A DNA stretch of 64,000 bases from Dicyema japonicum (GCA_011109175.1 RDEW01000020.1:1006703-1070702), one strand, 5' to 3'. Counted from the first letter of the stretch, positions 23,781-37,339 are shown. The notes: generated from the sequence alone by a model not told the origin. Numbers and translations are program-made.

Positions 23781-25019
23781 CTGAGACGGATGGATCAACT
23801 GACGACCCTTATGATTTGTAGAAGAGCAGAACTGAATCATGAAGCTACTTACGAGTGCGAACAAACATTTGAGAGCAATTTACGAGTGAATGTAGTAATT
23901 TTGAATTATTTTATTGACAAAGGGATGATCTTACAAAAGTCTTTCTTTTTACATACAAGTGTACCACAGTGTGGGAGATTGTCGCATAAGTATGGAACAA
24001 CGAAATCTGAAATTTCTAATTTTTCACTTTTTAAGGAAGGTTTACTTTAATATTTATAAGAAACTAAAGACTCCTAGATTACAATTACTATGATAGAAAA
24101 GTCCGTTAAAATTAGTGTCACTCCATGTGAAACCGATATTGGCCATATATAGGCAAAACACTATTTTTGAGTGGAGGTAACACTATTCTAAATTTAAAAA
24201 AAACGTAGAAAATACGATGTCAAAATCATTTATATTCTAACTATTCTTGCGGTTCTAAATCAAAGTCATTTTTTTCTTAACTTTCTTGCGTTTCTTAAAT
24301 AAAATTAATATCAGTTATAATAGCGCAAATAAAAAAAATTAATTTTTTTTATTTAGATTTATGATTCTAGTTTTATGTATTCCTTCTATACAATCTCCAT
24401 TTTCATTTCGAAGCACGTATATGTCATCTCGTTCAACCACGCAATATATCACATAATCCAGTCCATCGGATTATGGACATATTTTGAGAGTCCACAACAA
24501 CCAAAATCTAAAACTTTAATATCAGAAATCAAACCCATGAATATCTACCATTCATTTCTGAGTATCTCCAAATGTCTATTAAGTCAACAATATAGCGATC
24601 CCTTAATTTTCTAGCAAACATCGTGTTATTGGCGGTTTCGTGTTAAGTAATTTCTTTGCCTGTTAAATAAAAAGGAAAAAATACTTGACGAAATACACAA
24701 TTGGAGATAACGGATCCAATCGGATCCCTACCAATCCTGTAATACTCCTGCGTAATTTTTGAAAATAGCCGGTCTCTACCGAAATGATTATAATTATGTT
24801 TCGACTAATAAATTGTGATTTTAAGGTATACCTTTATTGTTTTTAGCACTAATTCCTGTTCTTCTTTACAAAAAACCGTAGCTTTTTAATACCTTGTAAA
24901 ATATAGGCCTTTTCCTCGTGGAAAATAAATTTTTTAGAGAGTTTCTTAGATGAAATCTGTCAAGTGGACTAATGTCTCCACCTACGTCAAGATTATTACT
25001 AATTTCCTTTAATTTGTTC

Positions 25020-25400
25020 ATGTTTATTTATTCATTAAAACCAAAAATCACCGACAAATTAAATAACTACATAGCCGTCAGGTGATTCCGGCCGCCTCGA
25101 ATAGTCATCTCATTCTTGCTCGGTGTTCCTCCCGGGTTCCAACGCATTTCCGGATTGGCGGGGGTTTCTAACTTTTTGGAGGGGTTTGTAAGGCTCCGGT
25201 TTTCCTAACTAANTCGAATAGTCATCTCATTCTTGCTCGGTGTTCCTCCCGGGTTCCAACGCATTTCCGGATTGGCGGGGGTTTCTAATTTTTTTGAGGG
25301 GTTTGTAAGGCCCCGGTTTTCCTCACTAATTCCTCAAATGGTGTAAGGTTTAGAGGTGACTGGGAAAACCTTTGCAGAGCCTTACTGGCCATTTTTTGGA
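25020..25400 (-). mobile_element. LINE 3' end of the 2A-LINE-related family
   Basis: Minus strand shows GGAATCACCTGA at the ORF end, then GTCGGTGATTTTTGGTTTTAATGAATAAATAA; contains a junction duplication at the N at 25213. Confidence 0.65.
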
Positions 25401-25576
25401 ATGTGTTGATTTTTTATATATTCGCGTTTGATAGTTTGGTTCCCCATGCAGCACACCCGTAAGTTAGAAATGATTGAATATACTGCACGTAGAGCGAGTC
25501 CAAATTTGAGTCCAAAATTTAGCTTATTATTATTAAAAACTAAAAATCACCGACAAATTTAATAACTACATAGCTT

Positions 25577-26125
25577 TTTATTTATTTATTTTAATAACCC
25601 CGGGAACACCGAGAAAGAAAGACAAAAGAGTCAAACAGTTAGGTGATCCCAGTCCTCGCAATCAATTGTGGCATTCGACGTCTGTGATCTTCCATCGTCC
25701 CCACTACTTTCCGGAAGAGCCTTCTCTCGGTCTTGCAGAGGAATCCGATCGGGGAATTTCTTATCCAATCGGTTTTCTCTTGCCATGGAAAGGATCAGGC
25801 GAAGCGGATTTCCATCTTCCTCACAGACGCGAAAAATCCGGAGCCACGACTACGGATCTTAGCTTCCATGAGTAGTGGGTCGACTGTTGATCCATTACGT
25901 GGGCAAAGCATACTGATTGTTTTCTGGTGTATCGAGTTGACTCTTTGGACCATAGACTCCGATAGCGCGAATCTCCATGCAAATGAGGCATATATAACTA
26001 CATAGCTTGGGTCGACTGTTGATCCATTACGTGGGCAAAGCATACTGATTGTTTTCTGGTGTATCGAGTTGACTCTTTGGACCATAGACTCCGATAGCGC
26101 GAATCTCCATGCAAATGAGGCATAT
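25577..26125 (-). mobile_element. 5'-truncated LINE with 15-bp TSD, inserted in a sibling 3' UTR stub (25520-25576)
   Basis: TSD ATAACTACATAGCTT at 25562-25576 and 26126-26140. The ORF ends VGTMEDHRRRMPQLIARTGIT*, and an (AATA)n tail abuts the left TSD. Confidence 0.75.
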
Positions 26126-26254
26126 ATAACTACATAGCTTAAATTAATTAATTAATTTTGTTGAATAATTATTAAAATTTATAAATATATTTTAATATCC
26201 AATGAAAATTTCATGAAATTTCATATTTTTAATTTAATTTACGAACCACAATTA

Positions 26255-27152
26255 NNNNNNNNNNNNNNNNNNNNNNNNNNNNNNNNNNNNNNNNNNNNNN
26301 NNNNNNNNNNNNNNNNNNNNNNNNNNNNNNNNNNNNNNNNNNNNNNNNNNNNNNNNNNNNNNNNNNNNNNNNNNNNNNNNNNNNNNNNNNNNNNNNNNNN
26401 NNNNNNNNNNNNNNNNNNNNNNNNNNNNNNNNNNNNNNNNNNNNNNNNNNNNNNNNNNNNNNNNNNNNNNNNNNNNNNNNNNNNNNNNNNNNNNNNNNNN
26501 NNNNNNNNNNNNNNNNNNNNNNNNNNNNNNNNNNNNNNNNNNNNNNNNNNNNNNNNNNNNNNNNNNNNNNNNNNNNNNNNNNNNNNNNNNNNNNNNNNNN
26601 NNNNNNNNNNNNNNNNNNNNNNNNNNNNNNNNNNNNNNNNNNNNNNNNNNNNNNNNNNNNNNNNNNNNNNNNNNNNNNNNNNNNNNNNNNNNNNNNNNNN
26701 NNNNNNNNNNNNNNNNNNNNNNNNNNNNNNNNNNNNNNNNNNNNNNNNNNNNNNNNNNNNNNNNNNNNNNNNNNNNNNNNNNNNNNNNNNNNNNNNNNNN
26801 NNNNNNNNNNNNNNNNNNNNNNNNNNNNNNNNNNNNNNNNNNNNNNNNNNNNNNNNNNNNNNNNNNNNNNNNNNNNNNNNNNNNNNNNNNNNNNNNNNNN
26901 NNNNNNNNNNNNNNNNNNNNNNNNNNNNNNNNNNNNNNNNNNNNNNNNNNNNNNNNNNNNNNNNNNNNNNNNNNNNNNNNNNNNNNNNNNNNNNNNNNNN
27001 NNNNNNNNNNNNNNNNNNNNNNNNNNNNNNNNNNNNNNNNNNNNNNNNNNNNNNNNNNNNNNNNNNNNNNNNNNNNNNNNNNNNNNNNNNNNNNNNNNNN
27101 NNNNNNNNNNNNNNNNNNNNNNNNNNNNNNNNNNNNNNNNNNNNNNNNNNNN
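26255..27152. other. Assembly gap (N run)
   Basis: Continuous N; the X-filled ORFs spanning it are artefacts. Confidence 1.
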
Positions 27153-28415
27153 CTGGCTATGACAATATTCGTGGAGAGTTGTTAGAATACGCACCAACCC
27201 AGCTAGCAGAAAAGATAACTTTTACATTCAAAGAGATATTCAGGACTCATTGTTCAATTGACATCGCGATGGGAGTTCTACTTCTTTTACAAAAACCTGG
27301 CAAACCTGCAGGTCTAATTGAAAATCCCAGGCCAATCGTGCTTTTGACCACTTTGCGAAAAACATTGTCGATTACAAAATTGAATGTCAAATTCAGTTAA
27401 CTAATACTTGTCACCAAGTCAAAGTGGATTCAGACCATAAAGATCAACCGCTGATATAGAATGGAGTCATCGGTGGCTTACGGCAATATGTCAGAAGTGC
27501 AGAAAAACAATGTATATTCTGGGAGTCGACTTATCGAAAGCATTCGACTGTGTCTGCCGAGATAAACTATTGCAAGTTCTCAAAGACATAATTGATGAGG
27601 ACTGTTTGAGGATTGTGCGTTTTTTGCTGGCTGACACGAGCCTCATAGTGAAAGTGGGGAAGGGCTATTCGGAAAAATTCACGACCGGGATTGGCAAGGG
27701 GACTTGCTTTCGCCAGTTTTCTTTGCAATCTATTTAGAAGCTGCTTTGAGGGACGTTAGAAATGAATTGGGTCACTTAAAAAATCATTATGTAGAATTAA
27801 TGTATGCTGATGACATCGATTTTGTGTCTGAGGATGTGGAAGTACTAAGAAATGAAGTAGATAAAGCCACAACGGTTCTGGAGAGGTGGTCTTTGAAGAT
27901 CAATTCAGAAAAAACAGAGTTAACTTCGATTGAGCGGTTATCGACTTCAAAAACTGACCTTGACAGACTAGACACATTTCATAGAAATCAATTGAGAAAA
28001 ATTGCGGGAATCAAATGGCCACAGATTATCAAAAACGACACTCTCTACAAATTATGTAAATGTAAACCGATAAGCAGAGAAGTAATTACCTCACGCTGGC
28101 GACTTTTCGGACATGTTCTGAGAATGGACAAAGTGATTCCTTGCAATCAAATCATGGAAGATTACTATTCAAATCACGGAATTGGATTTGCGGGTTGGCC
28201 AAGATGTACGCTTCCCCTCTGCCTTAATAACGATTACGGACGAATTGGCGTTCACCTCAAAACTGGAGACGATCTTGAAAATATTCGTAAACGCGCGAGA
28301 AACAGACCCAGATGGAGAGGGCTGACTGGGAAAATAGTCGAGTGTACGGCACGAGCGAACCCCTAGGCATTTTACGTGCTTATGGAAACGCGGAAGTGCT
28401 ACTAACTAACTAATT
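27153..28415 (+). mobile_element. RTE-clade LINE, RT and 3' end
   Basis: GYDNIRGELL, LLQKPGKP..RPIVLLTTLRK, QSGFR, LGVDLSKAFDCV, LSPVFFAIYLE, LMYADD, RWRLFGHVLRM; (ACTA)n tail near 28400. Confidence 0.9.
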
Positions 28416-31400
28416 TATTCACGAATTAATTAATAGGAGTGTGACATACGATGTCCTTGAACAATCTAAGTTTAATATCGAATATTCTTTTGCGGATTCC
28501 TCGTGACTTGGCATGGTTATAACTAGGTTGAGGCAATTTATTTAACCTTGGAAAATTCAAACCTCAGAAGTTAATAGATAGCGACTAATCAAACTTATTT
28601 CACGGTCATAGAAGCAGAGAGACCTTACAATGTCATATACAAGTCGATCCAGATTATTTTTAGGAAAGAAAACATCCAGTCCTTGCAGTTATGGTAACCC
28701 TTCCAGCGTGGTAGGGGAGAGAAAATAATTCCACTGGGCGTCAACTAAAATATGTGTATCACATGACGAAACTTTTGTATAATGAGTAAAGATTAGGAAC
28801 AGGGAAAAGGAATAAAAATCTATGAAAAAGTAAGGGGAATCGAATCCAGGATAGAATAACATCCTAACCACTAAGTACGTGATCGATTCGAATATTAGTT
28901 AAGGTTTTCTCACTTCCTCATAAGGAATGACGTCCGATTGGGAAATCGTGATGAATATCGAAATGTCTAACGCTTTCTCCTCACTAAGAAGAAAGTTTTG
29001 TCTTCGAAGAGCACTAGGGATAGATAAACTAGTGACTTTGGTTATGGGTCAGAAATTTATGATTTTCTAGAAGTTCGGAGTAAACCTTTGCACAGAGTGC
29101 AATAAGAGGTCTTCTGGGCCCACTTCTCTTTTCGTCGACGATCGACAGAGGATTACGGACCCTCTCAACTTATGGTGCTTTGAGGACGGAACGATTGTTA
29201 GAAACACTTAAATGTTAAGTATGTTAGAAGAATCCACTCCTACTCTGTCCAAACTTGATTTTGCCATTAACATGAGGAACAGATAAATCATCAACGTTAA
29301 CCTTCCTCCGGATGAATTCTCTGTATAACAGACCCATTTGGATACTGTCTTTCATTGCGCTTGATAGTTAAAATCTCTGAGATCTTTTTACTGCCTGTCT
29401 GTTGGACACAGAATTTAAAAACTTCAATCTATTTATTCCAACACTTATTCTTTTCGTTCCAGACGGAAAGTAGACTCGATGCCGATTTAAAGGGATTGCA
29501 CGCAACGCTGGTTGGGTATCAGGGACCCCTATGTACCAATGAGGTAAAAACATAATGTCCAAGCCACAAGCAGGACTAAACTACATGCCCTCTGTTATCT
29601 ACTAAAGTAAATTTTCTGATCAAATATTGTTGTTGCTGGTTAGGTACCTCATGAATTGGTCCTCAAGTGAATCAGGCTGAAATTATTTTTTTCAGAACAA
29701 GTAAAGGTCGACATCAAGCAAATCGATAACATTTGATAGCAAATGATTCAAAAATATGTTAAAATAATCAATATTTTATTTCCCAATCTTTGATGTTATA
29801 TGCCTTGATTTACAATCACTGGTTGCTTTTAGAATTGAGAACGCGATTTTATCATGTCCCTGACGATTTGCAAAAAATTGCACTTAATGAGCCAAATCCT
29901 TTCTCTTCCATCATTTTTCCTCTTAGCGATCCGATGGTGTTTAGCAGGGTCAGTGACCTGCTTCCTGTTAGTCATGACGTTTCCACGGTAACTGGTTAAA
30001 AAATAAATTTTCAACCTAGAAATTCTCATTTTTTCATCTTTAGGGTTTCAACCTTTTCTGAGGCTGAGCCTGGGTTAGTTGCTGTCATAGTAAAGTAAGT
30101 GAGAGAAAGGCTATCTATACAGGTGGCGTCCTAGGTGAGGTATCTAAAGCTTTCCCATGAGAAGAGAATTGTTCCGTGAGACCTTTTGTTAGCGAATGGG
30201 CGAAATAATGAATGAACCCCTCTTTAATGAACATAGAAGTGATTAATGGATCAAAAGGCTATGGTCGAGATGGTCCTCTATTGCATGAAATGTCTACTCT
30301 TTCATAATAGAGGAAAGCACTTGTTTCCTTCTCCTTATAATGGACTAAATGACGGACTCAGGAAACATTGTAAATCAGAAGTTCGGATTCATTTAGGATC
30401 CGGGTCCCAAAATTCACGGAGGGTCACCAGTCAGAAGCTGCACGTGCTTCTGTTTCATGAAATGCCTACTTCGCTTCATAACCGATGAAGTGTAGCATGA
30501 CGTAATACTTTCGACCAGTAATCCACGTCAGAAGATTTTTTACATCTGACTTATCCACCCGTGCTCTCCACCCTTACAATGAGTCATTCTTTTATATACT
30601 TTAGCAATTCGTCAATAAATGCACGTGGGATTTATTTTCAGTGCAAACAAATATAATCGATTTTCTGAAGAGACACATTTTACCGAGGCATTCATTTAGT
30701 GAAGAATTGTACAGACTTGAAGATTCTCTTTAGACAATTTGGGAAGTTTGTAATTATTGAAATTCTTTCGTAAGTTTTTGAGATCCAAAAATAAAAATAT
30801 TTGTAAATTATTAACAAATATTGATCCAAATCTGACAATACAGAAGAATTCCACTCCACAATCCCATCAAATTCTATGGATACGTCGAAGAGACTGGTGT
30901 TGGAATTTTCGTAGAAATCCGATATAAATAATATCCCCGTAGAGTCGAGGACCCAAAGGAAGCCACATCAACCGATAATATATATGTTGTTCAATCCAGA
31001 CGGTTACATAATATTGATAATAAATCGTGATCTAATATTGTAAAGTCAGTAGAAAATGCACGCAGAGCTATCAATTCCCAATGGTTTCCGATGACATTTA
31101 AAATTAGTAGGCTTGGCATTTCAATAAAAATATTAGAGAGCGCGCGACAATAATAGTCTGTGTTAATACGCACGCTTTGTCGATATTACGGCAGTTAGTC
31201 AGCATTCCACCGAACCGTACGATGGCCTTTACATAGACGAGAATTATTTAAGCGGAATTTCTTGACGGAAGTGTAATTTTTTGCGGTTTGGATTGTTTGT
31301 TTGCTTTTTTGGGCGATTTATCTGTTTTTGGGGTTTGCGCTTTTGTTATCTGTCGGCGGTTTATATGTTTGATGCAAATTTTACTCACGATTGCTGACGC

Positions 31401-31470
31401 GATCCCCCAATATGCAGTATGAGCATATAATGAGAATGCCACTCATTTGTTGACTGATTTTTAGGACACA

Positions 31471-33567
31471 ATGAGGACTGCTGTTCCCGTCTTTCTAATT
31501 TTCATGTTTTTGACCGATTCCTGTAAGAATTCAGGCAACTATGAATGTTTTTTTCTCAAAATTATTTGTCAGGTTGCATTCCACCGGTATTTTTGTACGA
31601 CAAGCCCACAATGATAATACACGGGGATAACAAGACCAGACTTACTTGTCCCCTCACATTCTCTAAAGACACAAAGTATAATTTTTTATAAATTTAGTCC
31701 TGACTGGATTTTGGAAGACAACGAAAAATACATAAAAACGGAATTTTTCGAAAGGGATCCCAATGACTTGCATACCATTTATATCCCCGGCATTATCAAA
31801 CGCACTTTTCGGATATCCTGTGTAGTCTGGACTCGCTGTGGATCTCAGATATCGCCGGTTATTACAGTTTACTATGTTCCCTTTGGACATATTCGTATGT
31901 CATATGCATTACATGTGACTTTAGTTGTAACTATTAACGAAACGGACGACAATGTACTTGTAATTAATCCAATCTTCGACCCATCCTTAGTTCCAGACTT
32001 TAGTTGGGATTCCGGTATGTTTAGATACTCTGTCTACCATTCGTACGGGGGATACCTTAGAGGGACTTTTAACGGAGATTTGTACTTTTCCTTTTTCGAT
32101 TACGATTACCATGATAGATTATTCTTCTACCTCACCCCATTTGGTGCAATGTACTACAAAATCTCGAAGGAAGGTACATCGTCTCTTAACTCTAGTTTTG
32201 GAAAAACGCCAGAATGAGACTCCACGTGTAGTATTTCCTTACGGAAGGGAAATATGGATTCGAAAGGGATCTTACGTAGAGTTGGAGCCTTGTTTCTTTC
32301 TTGGAAGGTATTCTGTGGTTTTATTCTTTAAGAATTGCCTTCTACCGCTTCGGGAGAGGAAATAGTACGAAAATCGGTCCTAAGATTTACATAAACAATG
32401 TGAGTTACAGTGATGTGGGGGACGATTACTGGTGCTCTCCGGACACGATTTATAATTATGACCTCGACAAGTATAAGTTCACTTATTCCATTCGAGTATA
32501 TGGTAACTTATCACGTTTATTTCCCCTTTAGATGCTATAACTCTCAAAGATCAGCAGTATTCATATAATATTTCCGAAGGCCAGTCAGCTTTTGTTTCGT
32601 GCAGTCAAAGATCTGGATTTCCGAAGCCCAATATCACTTGGTACATTAATACCAGGGAATATGGTTTTTATATTGGTAACTTTTCAGATCCCCTGTATAA
32701 TCCCTATGTAAAACAGTACGATATGTACTCCCTTTCTGTGGACTGGCGTGCAGGCTCCATGTCGATCATGTGTCGTTTGCAGAATGCGGCTCAAGATTTG
32801 AAGTTCTACAAATATTTAAAGGTTTTCCCCCCATTCATTGCAACTCTTTCCGCTCCAGAGGAGATTATACTTCACTACATAACCACCGTTAATTTAACGT
32901 GTTCTGTCAAGAGTTCGCCTCTTAGGTCTACACAAATTTATTGGCTGATAAACAACAATAATTTATCGGATAATAACACTGATATCGTCGTAAAGGCGTC
33001 CAATGGACGAAACAATGTGGATGCAAATATTGTCATATTTATTTCTCCTAAACTTGCCTCTCTCAGATTACACTACAGGATCACTTGTGTTGCCGATGAT
33101 GGCTACAGAAAAAGCTCAGTCAGCACTATAATACACTATAAACTTAATCCTTCCTTGAATCAAAGTAAAGTGGTGTTCAAAACGGGGGTTGTTTTATTGG
33201 CACCATTGGTAGTTATTTCTGTTCTGATCTTTGCATTGATCACGGCTGTAATCAAAGTAAAGTGGTGTTCAAAACGGGGTTTGTTTTATTGGCACCATTG
33301 GTAGTTATTTCTGTTCTGATCTTTGCATTGATCACGGCTGTTTGCTTCAGGAAGATCACTCGTCAAGGATGTGATTTATCTACTTCAAACCTGGTCTCAT
33401 ATTACAGAAAATGCAGGGATTGGTTCAAAACCTCTCAGTTGTCTTCAAATGAAAACAAACCTTTTGATAAATCACCCGATCGTTATGTTAATTTGGTGGA
33501 TAAGGCAGGTACTAGTCGTGAAGATACTTCTGTCTCTTTAAACTCAATTTTTGGATTTAAATATTGA
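31471..33567 (+). CDS. Immunoglobulin-superfamily type I membrane protein (signal peptide, about 5 Ig-like domains, TM, short cytoplasmic tail)
   Basis: Open frame rebuilt with introns 31523-31572 (50 nt), 31676-31697 (22), 32174-32195 (22), 32308-32332 (25) and 32503-32531 (29). Signal peptide MRTAVPVFLIFMFLTDS. Ig signatures: LTC..DW..ISC, VSC..GFPKPNITW..MC, LTC..IYW..ITC. TM segment VLLAPLVVISVLIFALITAV. A roughly 90-nt tandem duplication over the TM exon shifts the frame and is probably an assembly artefact. Confidence 0.78.
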
Positions 33568-36259
33568 ATTCGTTAATTTCTTTGTTGCTTACAGTTTAAT
33601 TATGCCTTGCTTACATTCATGTGTAGTTGTTCGCTTTGGATGATAGGCGAGCAGAGGATTTTCACTAGTAATGGTTTAAGAGCTTGATGATCACGTGCCA
33701 TATTATCTAGTATCACAAAATCACTCCGGAATACGTTTGTTCTCCATGGGGGTTTGCCCTTTCTTTTGGAGAATCGAGTATATTAACTCACTCCAGCAGA
33801 AAATCTTGTATCCTTCCTCGAACGGAAGAACATCAACTGTTACTCTCGTTTCTGAAGAGTGAACCGGAGTTTTCTGTGTCTTGCAAAGAACCAAGAAACC
33901 CGTTGAGGAAAAGGGCTACCAATGCGGAAGAATCCTGATAGGTTCTGTAAACATTTCTGAAAGAAGGCGGGATCGCAAGTAGACTACTGGATGTGTGTCC
34001 TTGAGTTACTTTAGGGGACAACTCCTTAACGGTCTCTTTCCTTAGAGCACTTGGGTGTCTATTGACCAAAACCTCGAGGGAGTGTCGGGAAACCGAGTGG
34101 CTTTTCCAAAGGATATCCATGGCAGTAGTCAGAGGTAACAGCCACTCGAGTCAAATGATATTTAAAGAACAAATCTGTGTATAAAGCCTCCACTAAATTA
34201 TACTCGTTTGGTTAATGTGACCATGACATCAATCCATTAACATTACTTGTAAGTTTAGTGACTTTAAAATAACCTTTGAAATTTGGCTATCTATCATTAT
34301 TTTCATTTTCACATGGATGATTTCTCGTGTGGGATGTGATGTGCGTCAATTCACTCACTGATTCACTCATTGTACTATCTTTTCATTTTGACTACCCAGC
34401 CGAACAAAGTAAACTGAAGAAATACTAAGCCCTCTGAGATGTTTCGTCCTCTTCAAATCATCTGAAGCTGCTAGAAAGTTAGTAAAGGAGTTATCAGTGA
34501 ATTCAGGAATGCGATTTCGACACGACTCAGAGACCTTCTTGAACGGAGATGGTTTTCACAGCGCCTGGGAATTGCCAATGTCCGGAGCGTTGCCTCTTGA
34601 CAAGTGGAGCCCTTACTTTGATAATTGATCTTTGAAGTGAAATTTTATGCTGTTAATAATTTTATTTGACAAATCATAGCTAAAAAAATTGTCTCTGTTA
34701 ATATTATATCGATGACTGAATTAAGTTTGAAACGACAAGGGAGAACCTCACTAGAGATCCTTAAAAACATTAAACTCAATATGTAAAGTTTACCCACCAG
34801 GTGTCAAGAGACAGTGACCATTGCCGCAGACGATTCAATGGTGATGCGAAAACCATCTCCGATCACTGGGATATCTAAGTGTCGCAGTCATTGCATCTCC
34901 AATTTCATTGATGATGTCGTTCTAGAAGTTTCGAAGGTTGTCGGATGAAAACGGAAATGATCTCTTGGGGCTTAATATTTCTTAATTTTCTTCCGTTCGG
35001 TAATATCATCATTTAGGTAGTCGAAATGGCCAGAAAATACAAAATGTGAGACGGTAAGCGATTTGATACAATTGACGTCTCAAACGAGAGATCTTCCACG
35101 TGAAAATGAGAAAGGCTAACAAGGTCCCACCCTCAGGAGCGAGTAGTTGGAAGAGATTCGGTTGAAAACAAATAAATCTGGAAATTGAGACTTTTCGGAA
35201 AAATCTTGACAATTGACTTGTCCTCCCCAGTAGGTATAGTCATGCAAGGCTATCATGTTTTCCAAGTTAGTCGCTTTCGTTGAAGGTCAAGGCTACTTTC
35301 GCCGGTTGCACTAGGAAATGACATAAAAACACTGAAAAGATTTAAATCCGAACATTACCTATACTTATCGAGATATCTAGCTAAAGGTCAAGAGAATGAA
35401 AGAGACAGAAATCTAAATTGTGCCTTTTACTGCAAAATTTATTAACCAAGACTTACAAAATGTGTTAAGATCAGCACAAACATTCATAACTAATTAATCC
35501 ATGGAAAAAACCAAAGGGAGAACGTCTGCTTATGCTGATCAAATTCATCCACCAATAGGCTTCCGCTTCCGAAGAGTAGTGGAAAAGTGGGTCAGCCCTC
35601 TTCCATTTTAATCACATGTTCTACCATAGCGGACTCAGTCGTAAGAAGTTTCATAATAGTAATCTTGGACTTGGTCGTGAAATAAGTATTATAACTCTCG
35701 TGAACGTGTTTGTAACAAAACAGTCCCTGACCAATGGACCAAATTAATTGTTCTTAGGAATATATATAGAATACAGCATTGTCGTCGAGGAGTAACCAAT
35801 GTTTCAACAGCTGAAGAACCCACACTTTAAAAAGTAGGAACAGCCATGCTAATTAAGGAATTTAAATGTTCTTGACTTTTAGTTCTTTTCTTTTTCACTG
35901 TGTAAGTCCTAAAAGACAAGGCAGGAGAGGTCGAAATCTTTTCAGGCATCTCTTCCAATATCCAGGAGCCCCTTCAATAGAGTAGCAGGAGACGAATCCA
36001 CTGGGTGTCTCATTGGTCAAGTGGATTCTATGATTCTTCTAACAATTGAAGTTGGCAAAGAGCAGAAAGGAATTCCTTCGATCAGATAAATAACAATGTG
36101 TGAATCGAACTCGAAGCTAATTGCGACGACAGCGACCTGTAATTAAATTGGGAACATAAAAACCGAGGACTAACATAACGTAGAACCTTCAAAGTAATAT
36201 TTCAACGTGCGATACCCTAAACGATTATTCAAATCAGTTCTTACTTTTATAAAATATTT

Positions 36260-36720
36260 TTAATAAAAAATGAGGCACAATAAATCGGACATTGTGGTGC
36301 ACGATGAGGAGCCTGGCCAAGTCCTTATCATAGAAGTTCCTAATACTGTTTGCAGACTATGGAGGTAGAGAAAAAAGGAAGTATGACTTGCTTTCGAAAT
36401 GTGGAAGATGTTTGGTTGCAAGGTCCTCGTTATTCTAATAGTACTGACGTGGAAAAAAATGAAACAAATTGCCACAAGGGTTATCTAAAAGAGTTAAGGG
36501 TAGATAGGAGACTCTAGACCTACCTACAGTCCACTGTTTTAAAGCAAACCCTAGAGAGCATTAAAATTGAGTATAGGAGGTAGAGGCGGGGATGCCATAT
36601 GGGCAGAGGGCTCGAGCTGTTTCAACAACCAGAATCGAACCTGCCTAGGGGGGCTGGCAAATAGGTAGACGAAGAAGGTTGCTGATCGTTAGATTTATTT
36701 TTTAGTTGAATAAATAAAGC
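36260..36720 (+). mobile_element. R4-like REL retrotransposon 3' end
   Basis: NKSDIVVHD..VLIIEV, KKRKYD, YLKELRVD..LQSTVL, followed by an A/T-rich tail. Confidence 0.65.
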
Positions 36721-36975
36721 TGAGTTTTAAACTAACATAGAGCTACATCACCGTCGGACTTCTGTTAACATAGGACTCTCGATAGTGGAATTTTTGAATC
36801 GAATTGGCGGGTCCGATTTCAGCCGTTCGGATGATCTTTGTGAACGCTGCTGGCTATTTGAACGAGTTTCGCTCGCTATTTTGAAGGGAAAGCCATGCGG
36901 TTAGGATTCATAACTGGTAATTATTATTTAAATTCTAGAAAATGCCAATTATGAGAATATAAATTAATAGAGTTN

Positions 36976-37180
36976 TATTTTCCTTCCCTCCGATGACGCA
37001 TTGGATCCGCTTTACTGAGGAGACTCATTATGCCTGGCCGGCATCAAGTGGATCCAACTATTCTTTCCCCCGGGGCGAAAATATCATTACCGGATAGAAG
37101 TTCTGGAAGGCTGGAACGAGTCAGGATAAGGATTTAGTTAGTTTGGTTACCCTTGGTCTTTGGAATAATTTTAATTTCTT
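36976..37180 (+). mobile_element. Structured SINE-like element, family 1, copy C (5' end lost at N join)
   Basis: Core GATGACGCATTGGATCCGCTTTACTGAGGAGACTCATTATGCCTGGCCGGCATCAAGTGGATCCAA (36992-37057) plus the family tail. Confidence 0.75.
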
Positions 37181-37339
37181 TAATTTATTTATTTATTATT
37201 AATAATAATATTTATCTGTTAAAAATAAAAGTAAGTTTTTTTTTCACTTTTGTAGTTAAAAAATATATTGTTGTGTCTCGTTTCGAGATAATTCATTATT
37301 AAACATGAATCATCTTGACATAAATTTCTGGCATTTAAA

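Noticed and set aside
26213-27400. 395-aa and 322-aa ORFs in the track
   Set aside because: Made almost entirely of N-gap codons.
31455-31473. TTTTTAG seven bases before the Ig ATG as a spliced-leader trans-splice acceptor
   Set aside because: A good cis donor (GTATGA, 31417) gives an ordinary 48-nt 5' UTR intron, and no SL RNA is visible in the window.
34400-35220. hAT transposase remnant (YPSDRRWFSH resembling the TRW motif)
   Set aside because: No other hAT motif, TIR or TSD, and another frame looks equally protein-like.
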